NCBI GenBank assembly: GCA_037129835.1
Contig: JBAXUE010000004.1
Location: 25,638 to 89,637 of the forward strand
DNA length: 64,000 nt
Direction of reading: 5' to 3'
Source: a bacterium
GTDB taxonomy: Bacteria; Patescibacteriota; CPR2; UBA1875; CAIMLA01
Made by a program: the position numbers and the translations under genes. Below the pieces are notes generated by a model. That model had not been told where the DNA came from and did not search any database. It was given only the letters and a program-made list of their open reading frames with translations. Positions within the stretch are counted from its first letter, which is position 1, and each line of letters begins with the position of its first letter. Positions 49,830 through 59,007 of the stretch are shown here, piece after piece.

Positions 49830-51140
49830 ATGAGTAATATGCCAACAGAAAATTTTGTAACGATCGAAAAAATTATCCCAGAAGGAAGATCTTTGGGTCA
49901 CATTGAAGGTAAATCAGTATTGATTTGGGGTGGACTACCTGAAGAAAAAGTAATTGTGGATGTATATAAAAACAAAAAAAGTTTTTCAGAAGCACGTCTA
50001 ATTAGGGTTGTCGAACCATCTCCGATTAGAATAAAAGAACGCGAAAATCATTACCTGATATGCTCTCCATGGCAAGTGCTTCCATATAATTCTCAAGTTG
50101 CTATAAAAAAATCGCTACTAAAACAAGCCTTCTTAGATATTTGTGATTATAATATTACTGATATAAATTTTTGTGAATCGACCACAGAATATGGTTATCG
50201 AACAAAACTTGAATTTAGTTTTACGGTCGACAAAACCGGAAAAATAGCTCTTGCCTTCCACAAAAGAGGCGTAAATAATGAATATGAAATTATAAAGGGC
50301 TGCTTACTCGGGTCTGATAAAATGAACCTTGCTGCCAGAAAAATAACCGCTGAATTAAACAAGGATTCCAATATCAATTACAAGGGGTTAAAGAGTCTGG
50401 TTATACGAGAGAGCAAAACCAATAATCAAATTATCGCCATATTGTATTATAAATTTAAGGAATTTAAATTTAATATCAGGCTGTCTGATCTCGGTGGTAT
50501 TGTTGACGGTCTATATATAGCTTATTCAAGCATTAAATCCCCCATTTCAGTTATTACAGAACTTATATATTCTGAAGGGATAAATTATCTCGAAGAAGAT
50601 ATCTTAAACTTAAAGATCAGATACCCTTTCGACGGCTTTTTCCAAAACAATATACCTTTATTCGAAAAAACATTAACGGAAATTATAGCGAGTACACCAA
50701 AATGCAACAGGATAGTTGAGCTATATAGCGGCGTTGGTTCTATAGGATTAGCTCTTTGCGACAAAGCAAAAGAAGTGATGGGGCTAGAGATTGTCGACTC
50801 GGCAGTCGAATATTCTGAGATAAACAAGAATGTAAACAAAATTAACAACTACAAAGCCATAGCGCTTGCAGACTATAAAATTACTTTAAATATACTAGAA
50901 GAAGTTGATGTTTTAGTTTTAGACCCACCAAGGTCAGGACTACACCCTAAAACAACTAAGCTAATAATCGACACTAAACCTAAAAAGATAATATACCTGT
51001 CCTGTAACCCTAGCACTCAGGCGAGGGATTATAAAATCTTAAGTCAGGAATACAAGATAGAAAAAATCACTGGGTACGATTACTATCCTAACACATTCCA
51101 TATGGAATCTTTGTTGGTTCTGGTCCCGATAGAGAAATAG
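49830..51140 (+). CDS. RNA (uracil-5-)-methyltransferase, TrmA/RlmD family
   Basis: YGYRTKLEF, FFQNN, ELYSGVGSIG, DPPRSG, IYLSCNPSTQARD, HMES. Confidence 0.9.
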   Translation: MSNMPTENFVTIEKIIPEGRSLGHIEGKSVLIWGGLPEEKVIVDVYKNKKSFSEARLIRVVEPSPIRIKERENHYLICSPWQVLPYNSQVAIKKSLLKQAFLDICDYNITDINFCESTTEYGYRTKLEFSFTVDKTGKIALAFHKRGVNNEYEIIKGCLLGSDKMNLAARKITAELNKDSNINYKGLKSLVIRESKTNNQIIAILYYKFKEFKFNIRLSDLGGIVDGLYIAYSSIKSPISVITELIYSEGINYLEEDILNLKIRYPFDGFFQNNIPLFEKTLTEIIASTPKCNRIVELYSGVGSIGLALCDKAKEVMGLEIVDSAVEYSEINKNVNKINNYKAIALADYKITLNILEEVDVLVLDPPRSGLHPKTTKLIIDTKPKKIIYLSCNPSTQARDYKILSQEYKIEKITGYDYYPNTFHMESLLVLVPIEK

Positions 51141-51142
51141 CC

Positions 51143-51376
51143 TCAATTATTGTATTTATCAAGCCTGACAATTTTGTTCGAGTTTCTTTGACCACTTATA
51201 ATCTTTACCTCTGTAACTCTTAATGAAAATTTTTCAGCCAGCAACCTAATTATTTCAGTATTTGCCGAACCTTTATGAGGTAAAGACTTTACTTTAACAA
51301 GGTAGTAACCGCCATTCTCAACATATTCTATATTCGAATCATTTTTACCCGTTTTGACCTTAATAGCTATGTTCAT
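51143..51376 (-). CDS. DUF167/YggU family protein
   Basis: V.VKS.P..G.AN.E....LA..F......I.SG..S.NK. Confidence 0.8.
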   Translation of the reverse strand: MNIAIKVKTGKNDSNIEYVENGGYYLVKVKSLPHKGSANTEIIRLLAEKFSLRVTEVKIISGQRNSNKIVRLDKYNN

Positions 51377-51634
51377 TTATAGAAAATATTCTGCAATAAT
51401 AATCAAAGCTTGCAGGACCAAATATACTATAATTGGTGAAAGATCCATCACGCCACCCATAGGTGGTATAACTTTTCTAACTGGGGCCAAAACAGGTTCC
51501 GTGGCATTGAAAACGAATAATCTAAAACGCAAAAGCTTAAGTGGCACAAAACTTAATAATATTCTTGTGAATAACAGTAATATAAATATATTACTAAAAA
51601 TATTTAAAAAATTTAAAATAAATTCTTTAACCAT
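51377..51634 (-). CDS. YggT family membrane protein
   Basis: RILLSF, TEPVLAPVRKVIPP.GG..DLSPII. Confidence 0.88.
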   Translation of the reverse strand: MVKEFILNFLNIFSNIFILLLFTRILLSFVPLKLLRFRLFVFNATEPVLAPVRKVIPPMGGVMDLSPIIVYLVLQALIIIAEYFL

Positions 51635-51635
51635 C

Positions 51636-51887
51636 CTAGACCCTCGAACTAACCTCTGAATAAGATGGGGTCGAATCCTGCCATCCCTCAATATAAGAAC
51701 CATCTTCTCTTACAATCACTAGGGCTGGAGGGTTATAAATATCATATAATTGTGCAACCGAGTTTGTATCTGCATCCTCCCATTCTAGATACTCTACCTG
51801 TTTACTCTCTGCCTCCAGCTGCTTTCCAATTTCTAAGAAGCTTCTGCATTCTGGACCGTCATCATTAATAAATATCAGTGCTTTCAT
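51636..51887 (-). CDS. Small thioredoxin-fold protein (single Cys)
   Basis: DGPEC, AQLYDIYNPPALVIV..DG....W. AAGGAG SD. Confidence 0.6.
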   Translation of the reverse strand: MKALIFINDDGPECRSFLEIGKQLEAESKQVEYLEWEDADTNSVAQLYDIYNPPALVIVREDGSYIEGWQDSTPSYSEVSSRV

Positions 51888-51899
51888 AATTACTCCTTG

Positions 51900-53723
51900 C
51901 TATTCAACTGTTACGCTTTTTGCTAAATTTCTTGGTTTATCGACATCCAAATTTTTTGCCACTGCTACATAATACGCAAAAAGCTGTAGCTGTGCCACGG
52001 CGACTAACGGTGTGAGCATTTCCAATGTCTTTGGAATATAAATTACGTCATCGGCAACCCTTGTTGCTTCTTTTGCACCTACCGTGGTTAGCACGATAAC
52101 TTTTCCTGATCGCGCCCTGATTTCCTCAACGTTTGAAATTCCTTTTTCATACACACTATCCTCTGGAATAAGTGCAAAGGTAGGGAAGTTCTTGTCTATA
52201 AGAGCAATCGGTCCATGTTTCATCTCCCCACTAGCGTAACCCTCAGCGTGTATATAAGAAATTTCTTTTAGCTTCAACGCACCTTCTTCTGCTAAAGGGA
52301 AACAATATTTTCTACCTAAATACATAAAATGTTCGAAGTCTTTATATTTATTAGCAAGCTTCTCTATTACAGCAGTATCCTTTAAAATCTTTGATACATG
52401 ATCTGGTACCTTCAAAAGCTCCTTCAGTATATCTCGACCTGTCGCCGCACTCATTTGTCGCTGACGACCAAGCATAACAGCAATAAGTATCAATACTGTT
52501 ATTTGTGAGGTAAATGCTTTTGTTGAAGCGACGGCAATCTCTGGTCCAGCATGATTATAGACCCCCGCATCTGTTTCTCTGGCAATCGTAGAGCCGACAG
52601 CGTTAACGATACCCAGAGTGAGAGCACCTTTTTTCTTTGCTTCCCGAATCGCAGCAAGTGTATCGACGGTTTCACCAGACTGGCTAATTGCAAGTACAAT
52701 AGTATTTTCATTAACAATTGGACTACGGTATCGAAATTCAGAAGCATATTCTACTTCAACGGGAATCCCGGTATATTCTTCAATAATATACTCACCCACT
52801 AGCCCTGCGTAGCGGGCAGTGCCACAGGCAACAATAATTATGCGCTCTATTTTCCTTAATCTATCTCTAACTATTTCTAGTCCACCGAGCTTCACATCAC
52901 CTTGATCTAATAATATACGGCCCCTAGTGGAGTTTTTAATTACATCTGGCTGTTCCATGATCTCTTTGAGCATATAATGAGAATAACCACCCTTTTCTGA
53001 CTCTTCTAGCGTCCATTCTACTTCATTTATCGCGGACTTTACGTCATTTTTATCAAAATCATATATCCTGTAGTCATTTTTATGAATATCAACCACCTCA
53101 CCATCATTCAGATATATCACTTTATTGGTGTGGCCAAGAAAGGCAGATACGTCTGAAGCGACAAAAAACTCGTTATGTCCTACCCCAAAAATAAGTGGGC
53201 TTCCCATTCTCGCCGCTACTAGCCTGTTCGGTTCATCTGCGTGAACCACGGCTATTCCATAAGCGCCTCGTACTTGCTTGAGAGCCTGCTGAACCGCTTC
53301 GAGCAAGTCGCCCGCGTATAACTTACCAATAAGGTGCGCCAACACTTCGGTGTCTGTGTCAGAGTGAAAAATATTTCCTTCTGCTAGCAAAGCTGTCTTG
53401 ATCTCCTGATAGTTTTCTATTATGCCGTTATGGACCAAAGCCAATTTGCCATCATTAGATAGGTGGGGATGTGCATTCCTTTCGGTTGGTACGCCATGTG
53501 TGGCCCATCTAGTGTGGCTAATACCAACTTTTGCATTTCCGCAAATAGTTACCTTCTTTTCAAGCTCAACTATCCTACCGACTGCGCGAGTGACTTTGAT
53601 TTTTCCTCCCTCGACGATAGCAATACCCGAGGAATCATAACCCCGATATTCAAGCCGCTTCAAACCCTCTAGTAAAACATTATTTACATTTTTATCGCCT
53701 AAATAACCAACAATTCCACACAT
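51900..53723 (-). CDS. glmS: Glutamine--fructose-6-phosphate aminotransferase (isomerizing)
   Basis: MCGIVG, LEYRGYDS, HTRWATHG, SQSGET, AVASTK, PRNLAKSVTVE. Confidence 0.98.
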   Translation of the reverse strand: MCGIVGYLGDKNVNNVLLEGLKRLEYRGYDSSGIAIVEGGKIKVTRAVGRIVELEKKVTICGNAKVGISHTRWATHGVPTERNAHPHLSNDGKLALVHNGIIENYQEIKTALLAEGNIFHSDTDTEVLAHLIGKLYAGDLLEAVQQALKQVRGAYGIAVVHADEPNRLVAARMGSPLIFGVGHNEFFVASDVSAFLGHTNKVIYLNDGEVVDIHKNDYRIYDFDKNDVKSAINEVEWTLEESEKGGYSHYMLKEIMEQPDVIKNSTRGRILLDQGDVKLGGLEIVRDRLRKIERIIIVACGTARYAGLVGEYIIEEYTGIPVEVEYASEFRYRSPIVNENTIVLAISQSGETVDTLAAIREAKKKGALTLGIVNAVGSTIARETDAGVYNHAGPEIAVASTKAFTSQITVLILIAVMLGRQRQMSAATGRDILKELLKVPDHVSKILKDTAVIEKLANKYKDFEHFMYLGRKYCFPLAEEGALKLKEISYIHAEGYASGEMKHGPIALIDKNFPTFALIPEDSVYEKGISNVEEIRARSGKVIVLTTVGAKEATRVADDVIYIPKTLEMLTPLVAVAQLQLFAYYVAVAKNLDVDKPRNLAKSVTVE

Positions 53724-53818
53724 AATATAATCTCCTATATATATCTGTAACTAATAATATTTATCAAAAACCGTCCTTCGAATAATTTTCAGTGTATTTA
53801 TTCAATACTCGCTTGATT

Positions 53819-54106
53819 CTATTCTTCATTCTCCGTATCATCTATTGTTTTCTTTATCTCTGATACTAATGTTTCCGCCTGTTCTCGTATTTCTTGAACT
53901 GCAGATTTCTTACTTTTAGAAGCTGGGTTCAGTGGGATTATTATCCAGGCCAGTATATATAAGATCATACCAATTCCAGTAAAAATAAATATTGCAATAA
54001 ACAATCTCAAAATCGAAGCGTTTAAACTAAAATACTCTGCGATACCACCAGCCACGCCCCCCAATATTCTATTACCACTTGAACGATATAGTTTCTTTGC
54101 GACCAA
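53819..54106 (-). CDS. PspC domain protein
   Basis: KKLYRS...RILGGVAGGIAEYF, YILAWIIIP. Confidence 0.88.
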   Translation of the reverse strand: MVAKKLYRSSGNRILGGVAGGIAEYFSLNASILRLFIAIFIFTGIGMILYILAWIIIPLNPASKSKKSAVQEIREQAETLVSEIKKTIDDTENEE

Positions 54107-54148
54107 GGCTTACTCCATATAAACTATGATAATTATAAAATATTTATA

Positions 54149-54844
54149 CTAAGTAGACAAATTATTATAGAGTACAACGTTTTTTACATGTTTTTTCATA
54201 ATTTGACATATTTGTTCCATTTCTGACAATGAAAAAGACAATTCGTTTCTAAGATTTTGATTATAGGTTATGTCTGGCCTGAAGCCTTGAACTACATATT
54301 TATTTGCACCCTTGATTAGTTTACCAATATCTTCGAAGTCATTGAGACTATGATAGTATGGCAAAACAGTGGTTCGAAATTCGTATTCAGTTTTAGAACC
54401 CAATAATAAATCTATACTCTCTTGTATAAATTTATTATTCAAATAACCAGAGATATTACTATAATTCTTTAACGGTCCCTTAATATCCATCGCAATATAA
54501 TCAACCAATCCTTGCGACAAAAGTGTGTCTAATATTTTAGGATTAGAGCCGTTTGTATCTATTTTTACTAATAGTCCCATGTCTTTTATCTTTCGAATAA
54601 AACTTACAATATCTCTCTGAATTAATGGCTCGCCCCCGGTTATAACCACTCCATCTAATATATCTTTCCTCTTTTCTAAGTGCTTAAATATTTCTTCTTC
54701 CGATATTAATCCTGGCTTTATTGGAATTAAATCTGGATTATGACAAAAGCCACAACGAAAGTTGCAGCCTTGTGTAAAAACAACAGCTGCAACTTTGCCT
54801 GGATAGTCTATCAAACTAGATTTAATTAACCCCGATAAATGCAT
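54149..54844 (-). CDS. nrdG: Anaerobic ribonucleotide reductase activase (radical SAM)
   Basis: SLIDYPG, FTQGCNFRCGFCHNP (CxxxCxxC), TGGEP, DTNGS, MDIK, EFRTT. ATG overlaps the upstream TAA (TAATG). Confidence 0.93.
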   Translation of the reverse strand: MHLSGLIKSSLIDYPGKVAAVVFTQGCNFRCGFCHNPDLIPIKPGLISEEEIFKHLEKRKDILDGVVITGGEPLIQRDIVSFIRKIKDMGLLVKIDTNGSNPKILDTLLSQGLVDYIAMDIKGPLKNYSNISGYLNNKFIQESIDLLLGSKTEYEFRTTVLPYYHSLNDFEDIGKLIKGANKYVVQGFRPDITYNQNLRNELSFSLSEMEQICQIMKKHVKNVVLYNNLST

Positions 54845-55005
54845 TATATGACGCAATTACTCGATTTAAATTCGATGCGGTCATCATATTCTGCCCGTTT
54901 ACCTTCATTCCATTGAGAAACTGGACGTATGTATCCAACCACCCTAGAATAAACCTCACATTTAGTTCTATTTTGTTCTGACCCAGTTGTTACTTCCTCT
55001 GACAT
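54844..55005 (-). CDS. Stand-alone glycyl-radical peptide of class III RNR (split NrdD C-terminus, 53 aa)
   Basis: Not in the ORF track. MSEEVTTGSEQNRTKCEVYSRVVGYIRPVSQWNEGKRAEYDDRIEFKSSNCVI, with its own AGGAGG SD. Confidence 0.9.
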   Translation of the reverse strand: MSEEVTTGSEQNRTKCEVYSRVVGYIRPVSQWNEGKRAEYDDRIEFKSSNCVI

Positions 55006-55018
55006 ATCCCCTCCTTCT

Positions 55019-57118
55019 TTATTTATTTACTAAACTTAATTGTTCTTTATACCCTATTTCACTATCACATGTTGGACAATAAAAGTGTTCGCCCTTGATA
55101 TATCCGTGCTTAGGACAAACAGAAAATGTCGGTGATAAGGTAAAATATGGTAATTTGTAATTTTCGGCTACCTTACGAACTAAGGCTTTTACAGCAATAA
55201 TATTGTCCAATCGTTCACCCATAAATATATGAAGAACAGTACCACCGGTATATTTGGTCTGTAGTCCATCTTGTAAATCAAGTGCTTCAAATACATCTTC
55301 TGTAAAATTTACAGGCAATTGAGTCGAATTTGTATAATAAGGCTTGGCTCCCATGTCTTTTACAGCTGCCGTGTTTGCTACCTCGATGTCAGGGTATTGT
55401 TCTGTATCTCTTTTGGCGAATCTATAGGTTGTCCCTTCGCCTGGCGTAGCTTCAAGATTATAAATATGGCCTGTTTCTTCTTGGTAGCTAGCAATTCGGT
55501 CTCGCATATAATCCATTACCTTCTCAGCAAAAGCATGCCCCTTTTGGGTTGTAATATCTTCATCCGGACCCATAAAGTTTTTAATAGATTCATTCATACC
55601 AAGAAGCCCTATTGTGGAGAAGTGATTTTCCCAATATGTCCCAAAACGTTTTTTGACCTCTGATAAATAGTGTCTAGCAAAAGGATACAGACCATTTTCC
55701 ATAAATCGTTCAAGTTGCTTTCGTTTAATCTCCAGGCTTTCTCTTGACAAGTCCATTAAGTGACCAAGTTGATCAAAATACTCTTTTTCGGTCTTTGCGT
55801 TATAGCCTAGTCTGGGCATATTTATAGTAACTACGCCGATAGAGCCAGTCAGTGGGTTGGCGCCGAAAAGTCCACCACCCCGTTTCTTTAGCTCTCGGTT
55901 GTCTAATCGCAAGCGACAACACATACTTCTTGCATCATCTGGATTCATATCGCTATTTATAAAGTTAGAGAAATACGGGATACCATATTTTGCAGCCATC
56001 TCCCATACGGGATCAAGGCTTTTATCTTCCCAATTAAAATCCTTTGTAATGTTATATGTTGGGATGGGGAATGAGAATATTCGACCATTCGCGTCGCCCT
56101 CTAGCATTACTTCTGCGAAAGCTTTGTTTACCATATCCATCTCTTTTTGAAAGTCTTTATATTTTTCTTTTTGTATCTTGCCACCAATAACTATATTTTC
56201 TTCAGCTAACTCGCCACTAGCGGCAAGATCCATAGTAATATTTGTAAATGGTGTCTGAAAACCAACACGTGTAGGAATGTTCATACCAAAAACAAACTCT
56301 TGCATAGCTTGCTTCACCTGTTTGTAGTCTAATCCATCGTACCTTACAAAAGGAGCAATCAAAGTGTCGAAGCTAGACATCGCTTGCGCTCCAGCACTTT
56401 CTCCCTGCATTGTATACATAAAATTGACTACTTGGTTAAGTAGAGCCTTAAAGTGTTTTGCCGGCTTAGAATTTATCTTGCCAGAAACGCCACCAAAACC
56501 ACGTACAATTAAGTCTTTTAAGTCCCAACCACAGCAGTACGTAGCCAAGAAACCGAGATCATGTATGTGCAGATCGGCATTCTTGTGAGCTTCGCGAATT
56601 TCAGTTGGATACATTTTGTTAAGCCAATATTTCTCAGTAATTTGTGCCGCCAAAAAATTATTTAAACCCTGTAGACTATATGTCATATTTGAATTTTCTT
56701 TGACGTACCAAGTATCTTCGCCCAAATATTCCTCTACCATTTTGTCACTATCTGTTAACTGCGCCTTGCGAAGCTCCTCGTGTTGCCTACGATAGACGAT
56801 GTATGACTTGGCAGCCTCTTCAAAAACAGAATCCATGAGGACGTGTTCTACGGCATCTTGAACCTTTTCCACAGTTGGTAGATTATCAGCGTCAAACTGC
56901 TTATTTAAAATATCAATTACTTTTTGAGTAAGTTTCTCGGCAATATCGTGGCCGTATTCACTGGTAGCTAGACCGGCTTTCTCAATAGCACCAACTATTC
57001 TCTCTGGATCAAATTTTGTGAGAGTACCATCTCTCTTTTCTATTTTTGTAAACTTCCTTTTTGTAAGATGTTTTTTTGAGAGATTTAACTGTTCTTGCTG
57101 AATATCGTCTTTTACCAC
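55019..57118 (-). CDS. nrdD: Class III (anaerobic) ribonucleoside-triphosphate reductase large subunit, lacking the glycyl-radical motif
   Basis: ATP cone (KRDG), HIHDL, YCCGW, SMCCRL, YNLEATPGE, YTGGT, CPKHGY...CPTC. Confidence 0.95.
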   Translation of the reverse strand: MVKDDIQQEQLNLSKKHLTKRKFTKIEKRDGTLTKFDPERIVGAIEKAGLATSEYGHDIAEKLTQKVIDILNKQFDADNLPTVEKVQDAVEHVLMDSVFEEAAKSYIVYRRQHEELRKAQLTDSDKMVEEYLGEDTWYVKENSNMTYSLQGLNNFLAAQITEKYWLNKMYPTEIREAHKNADLHIHDLGFLATYCCGWDLKDLIVRGFGGVSGKINSKPAKHFKALLNQVVNFMYTMQGESAGAQAMSSFDTLIAPFVRYDGLDYKQVKQAMQEFVFGMNIPTRVGFQTPFTNITMDLAASGELAEENIVIGGKIQKEKYKDFQKEMDMVNKAFAEVMLEGDANGRIFSFPIPTYNITKDFNWEDKSLDPVWEMAAKYGIPYFSNFINSDMNPDDARSMCCRLRLDNRELKKRGGGLFGANPLTGSIGVVTINMPRLGYNAKTEKEYFDQLGHLMDLSRESLEIKRKQLERFMENGLYPFARHYLSEVKKRFGTYWENHFSTIGLLGMNESIKNFMGPDEDITTQKGHAFAEKVMDYMRDRIASYQEETGHIYNLEATPGEGTTYRFAKRDTEQYPDIEVANTAAVKDMGAKPYYTNSTQLPVNFTEDVFEALDLQDGLQTKYTGGTVLHIFMGERLDNIIAVKALVRKVAENYKLPYFTLSPTFSVCPKHGYIKGEHFYCPTCDSEIGYKEQLSLVNK

Positions 57119-57132
57119 CGGGAATCCTCCAT

Positions 57133-57582
57133 TTATTTATTAATTTTTGATAATTCTTGTTGAAACGCTTCTAATGTTTCAAATTTCTTATATACGCTTG
57201 CAAATCTCAGATATGCCACCTCATCTATAGCGAGTAGATTCGTCATGACGAGATCCCCGATTTTTTCACTAGCAATCTCATTTGCTCCAGTGGCGTGCAC
57301 TTCCTTCTCTATCTCTGTAATCAGGCTATCAGTATCTGCCTCCTCTATAGGTCTTTTCTCTAAAGCTCTCTGGATACCACCAGCAAGCTTATCTCGACTG
57401 AACTGCTCTCTGTGTCCATCCTTCTTTATAACTACCAGAGTAGGTACTTCTAGGCGCTCATAAGTCGTAAACCTAAACCCGCAATCATTGCATTCCCTTC
57501 TCCTTCTTATGGCAGGCTCAATTTCTGTATCTCTTTTTTCGATAACTTTTAGATTTTGTGATTCACATTTTGGGCAGACCAT
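57133..57582 (-). CDS. nrdR: Transcriptional repressor NrdR
   Basis: CPKC, RRRRECNDCGFRFTTYE, ATP cone, DEVAYLRFASVY. Confidence 0.97.
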   Translation of the reverse strand: MVCPKCESQNLKVIEKRDTEIEPAIRRRRECNDCGFRFTTYERLEVPTLVVIKKDGHREQFSRDKLAGGIQRALEKRPIEEADTDSLITEIEKEVHATGANEIASEKIGDLVMTNLLAIDEVAYLRFASVYKKFETLEAFQQELSKINK

Positions 57583-57592
57583 TTATATCCTT

Positions 57593-57646
57593 TCACTACA
57601 TGTAGCGTAGTTAGTAAATGATAGAACGCTATATATGTGGTGTCAA
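57593..57646 (-). promoter_or_regulatory. nrdR-nrdD promoter with tandem NrdR boxes
   Basis: TTGACA-17 nt-TATCAT. Box-like 16-mers TCACTACATGTAGCGT (57593-57608) and ACGCTATATATGTGGT (57626-57641) resemble acaCwAtATaTwGtgt. Confidence 0.7.
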
Positions 57647-57654
57647 GCATTTTC

Positions 57655-57705
57655 TTATCCACAAAAAATATTGACTATATCGTGGGAAAAATTCGTTTTT
57701 CCACA
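57655..57705 (+). promoter_or_regulatory. DnaA boxes upstream of the nrd promoter
   Basis: TTATCCACA (57655-57663) and TTTTCCACA (57697-57705). Confidence 0.55.
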
Positions 57706-57738
57706 TGAACTTGTAACCAACTACTTTTATAAACATAC

Positions 57739-57765
57739 AAAAAAAGAGGCCTATATGGCCTCTTT
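57739..57765 (-). terminator. Intrinsic terminator of ftsZ
   Basis: AAAGAGGCC-TATAT-GGCCTCTTT with a T run on the minus strand. Confidence 0.75.
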
Positions 57766-57775
57766 CAGTTGAAGA

Positions 57776-58876
57776 TTATTCCATTCTTTTACGAATAAAT
57801 GTTGGGATTTCCCAATCGCCATCTCCGTCTTCGTCTGTATTTTCTTTTTCAGGCTCGATAGTAACGGGTCTAGTATTAGTTTCCATAGATTGGTGTGTGA
57901 GTCTTGGAGATAATGGGTTGTGCATACCCTCAAAACCAGTAGCAATAACGGTTACAGTTACTTCTCCGGTAATTCTTGGGTCGATAACAGCACCAAATAT
58001 GATATTAGCTTCAGGATCAACGGCATTTGTGATAACCTTAGCAGCTTCGTCAATTTCATACATACCCAAATCTGTTCCGCCAGTTACATTGAATAGCACG
58101 CCTTTAGCGCCGTTAATAGAAAGCTCAAGGAGGGGTGAATTAATAGCTTGTTTTGCAGCTTCCATCGCTCTGCTTTCGCCGCTACCACGACCAATACCCA
58201 TAAGAGCTGAGCCGGCATTTGACATAATAGTTTTAACATCTGCAAAATCGACGTTTATTAAACCGCTATCTGTAATTAGATCAGATATACCTTGTACGCC
58301 CTGTCTTAGAACATCATCAACCACCTGAAAAGCGTCTAATAGGGTTGTTTTCTTATCTACAACTTGGAGTAATCTATCATTAGGAATTGTAATTAAGGCA
58401 TCTACATTTTCTTTTAAATCTTCTATACCTTCTTCGGCGACTCTTTTTCTTTTTTCACCTTCAAATCCAAAGGGTTTAGTAATGACACCGACAGTAAGCG
58501 CCCCTACTTCTCTAGCAATATTCGCAACAATAGGACCAGCACCTGTGCCTGTACCACCGCCACTACCGTAAGTAACAAATACCATATCGGCACCTTTTAG
58601 AGACTCATAAATTTCTTCGCTTGTTTCTTCGGCGGCTTTTTTACCTATTTCAGGATCTGAACCAGCGCCCAAGCCTTTTGTAAGGGCTTTACCGATGTGA
58701 AGTTTCTTGTCAGCCTTAGAGTGGTGTAATGCCTGAGCATCTGTATTAATAGCAATAAACTCTACGCCCTTAAGACCTGCTTCAATCATTCGGTCTACAC
58801 CGTTTCCACCAGAGCCTCCTACACCTACCACCTTGATCCGTGCGAATGTTTCCATATTTGGTTTTACTTCACCCAT
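57776..58876 (-). CDS. ftsZ: Cell division protein FtsZ
   Basis: [30 protein letters not shown]-terminal WEIPTFIRK. Confidence 0.98.
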   Translation of the reverse strand: MGEVKPNMETFARIKVVGVGGSGGNGVDRMIEAGLKGVEFIAINTDAQALHHSKADKKLHIGKALTKGLGAGSDPEIGKKAAEETSEEIYESLKGADMVFVTYGSGGGTGTGAGPIVANIAREVGALTVGVITKPFGFEGEKRKRVAEEGIEDLKENVDALITIPNDRLLQVVDKKTTLLDAFQVVDDVLRQGVQGISDLITDSGLINVDFADVKTIMSNAGSALMGIGRGSGESRAMEAAKQAINSPLLELSINGAKGVLFNVTGGTDLGMYEIDEAAKVITNAVDPEANIIFGAVIDPRITGEVTVTVIATGFEGMHNPLSPRLTHQSMETNTRPVTIEPEKENTDEDGDGDWEIPTFIRKRME

Positions 58877-58954
58877 ACTGGGCCTCCTTCTATATGTTTT
58901 ATATTATAAATTTACAGCAGTATTGTACATTTATTTAATACAATTGTAAAGTAA

Positions 58955-58992
58955 TAAAAAACAGATTGTACAATATTGTTATACAATCTGTT
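58955..58992 (-). terminator. Intrinsic terminator between ftsA and ftsZ
   Basis: ACAGATTGTA-11 nt-TACAATCTGT perfect 10-bp stem followed by TTTTT on the minus strand. Confidence 0.6.
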
Positions 58993-59007
58993 CGTAAGTT
59001 TACTGAA

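Noticed and set aside
51660-51690. tRNA T-arm-like GGGGTCGAATCCT
   Set aside because: It lies inside a coding region and no cloverleaf can be built.
53724-53818. Possible glmS ribozyme upstream of glmS
   Set aside because: The gap is short and AT-rich and lacks the AGCGCC...GACGAGG core.
55005-55021. Readthrough or frameshift joining nrdD to the glycyl-radical ORF
   Set aside because: The ORFs are in different frames, the small ORF has its own strong SD, and no slippery site is evident.
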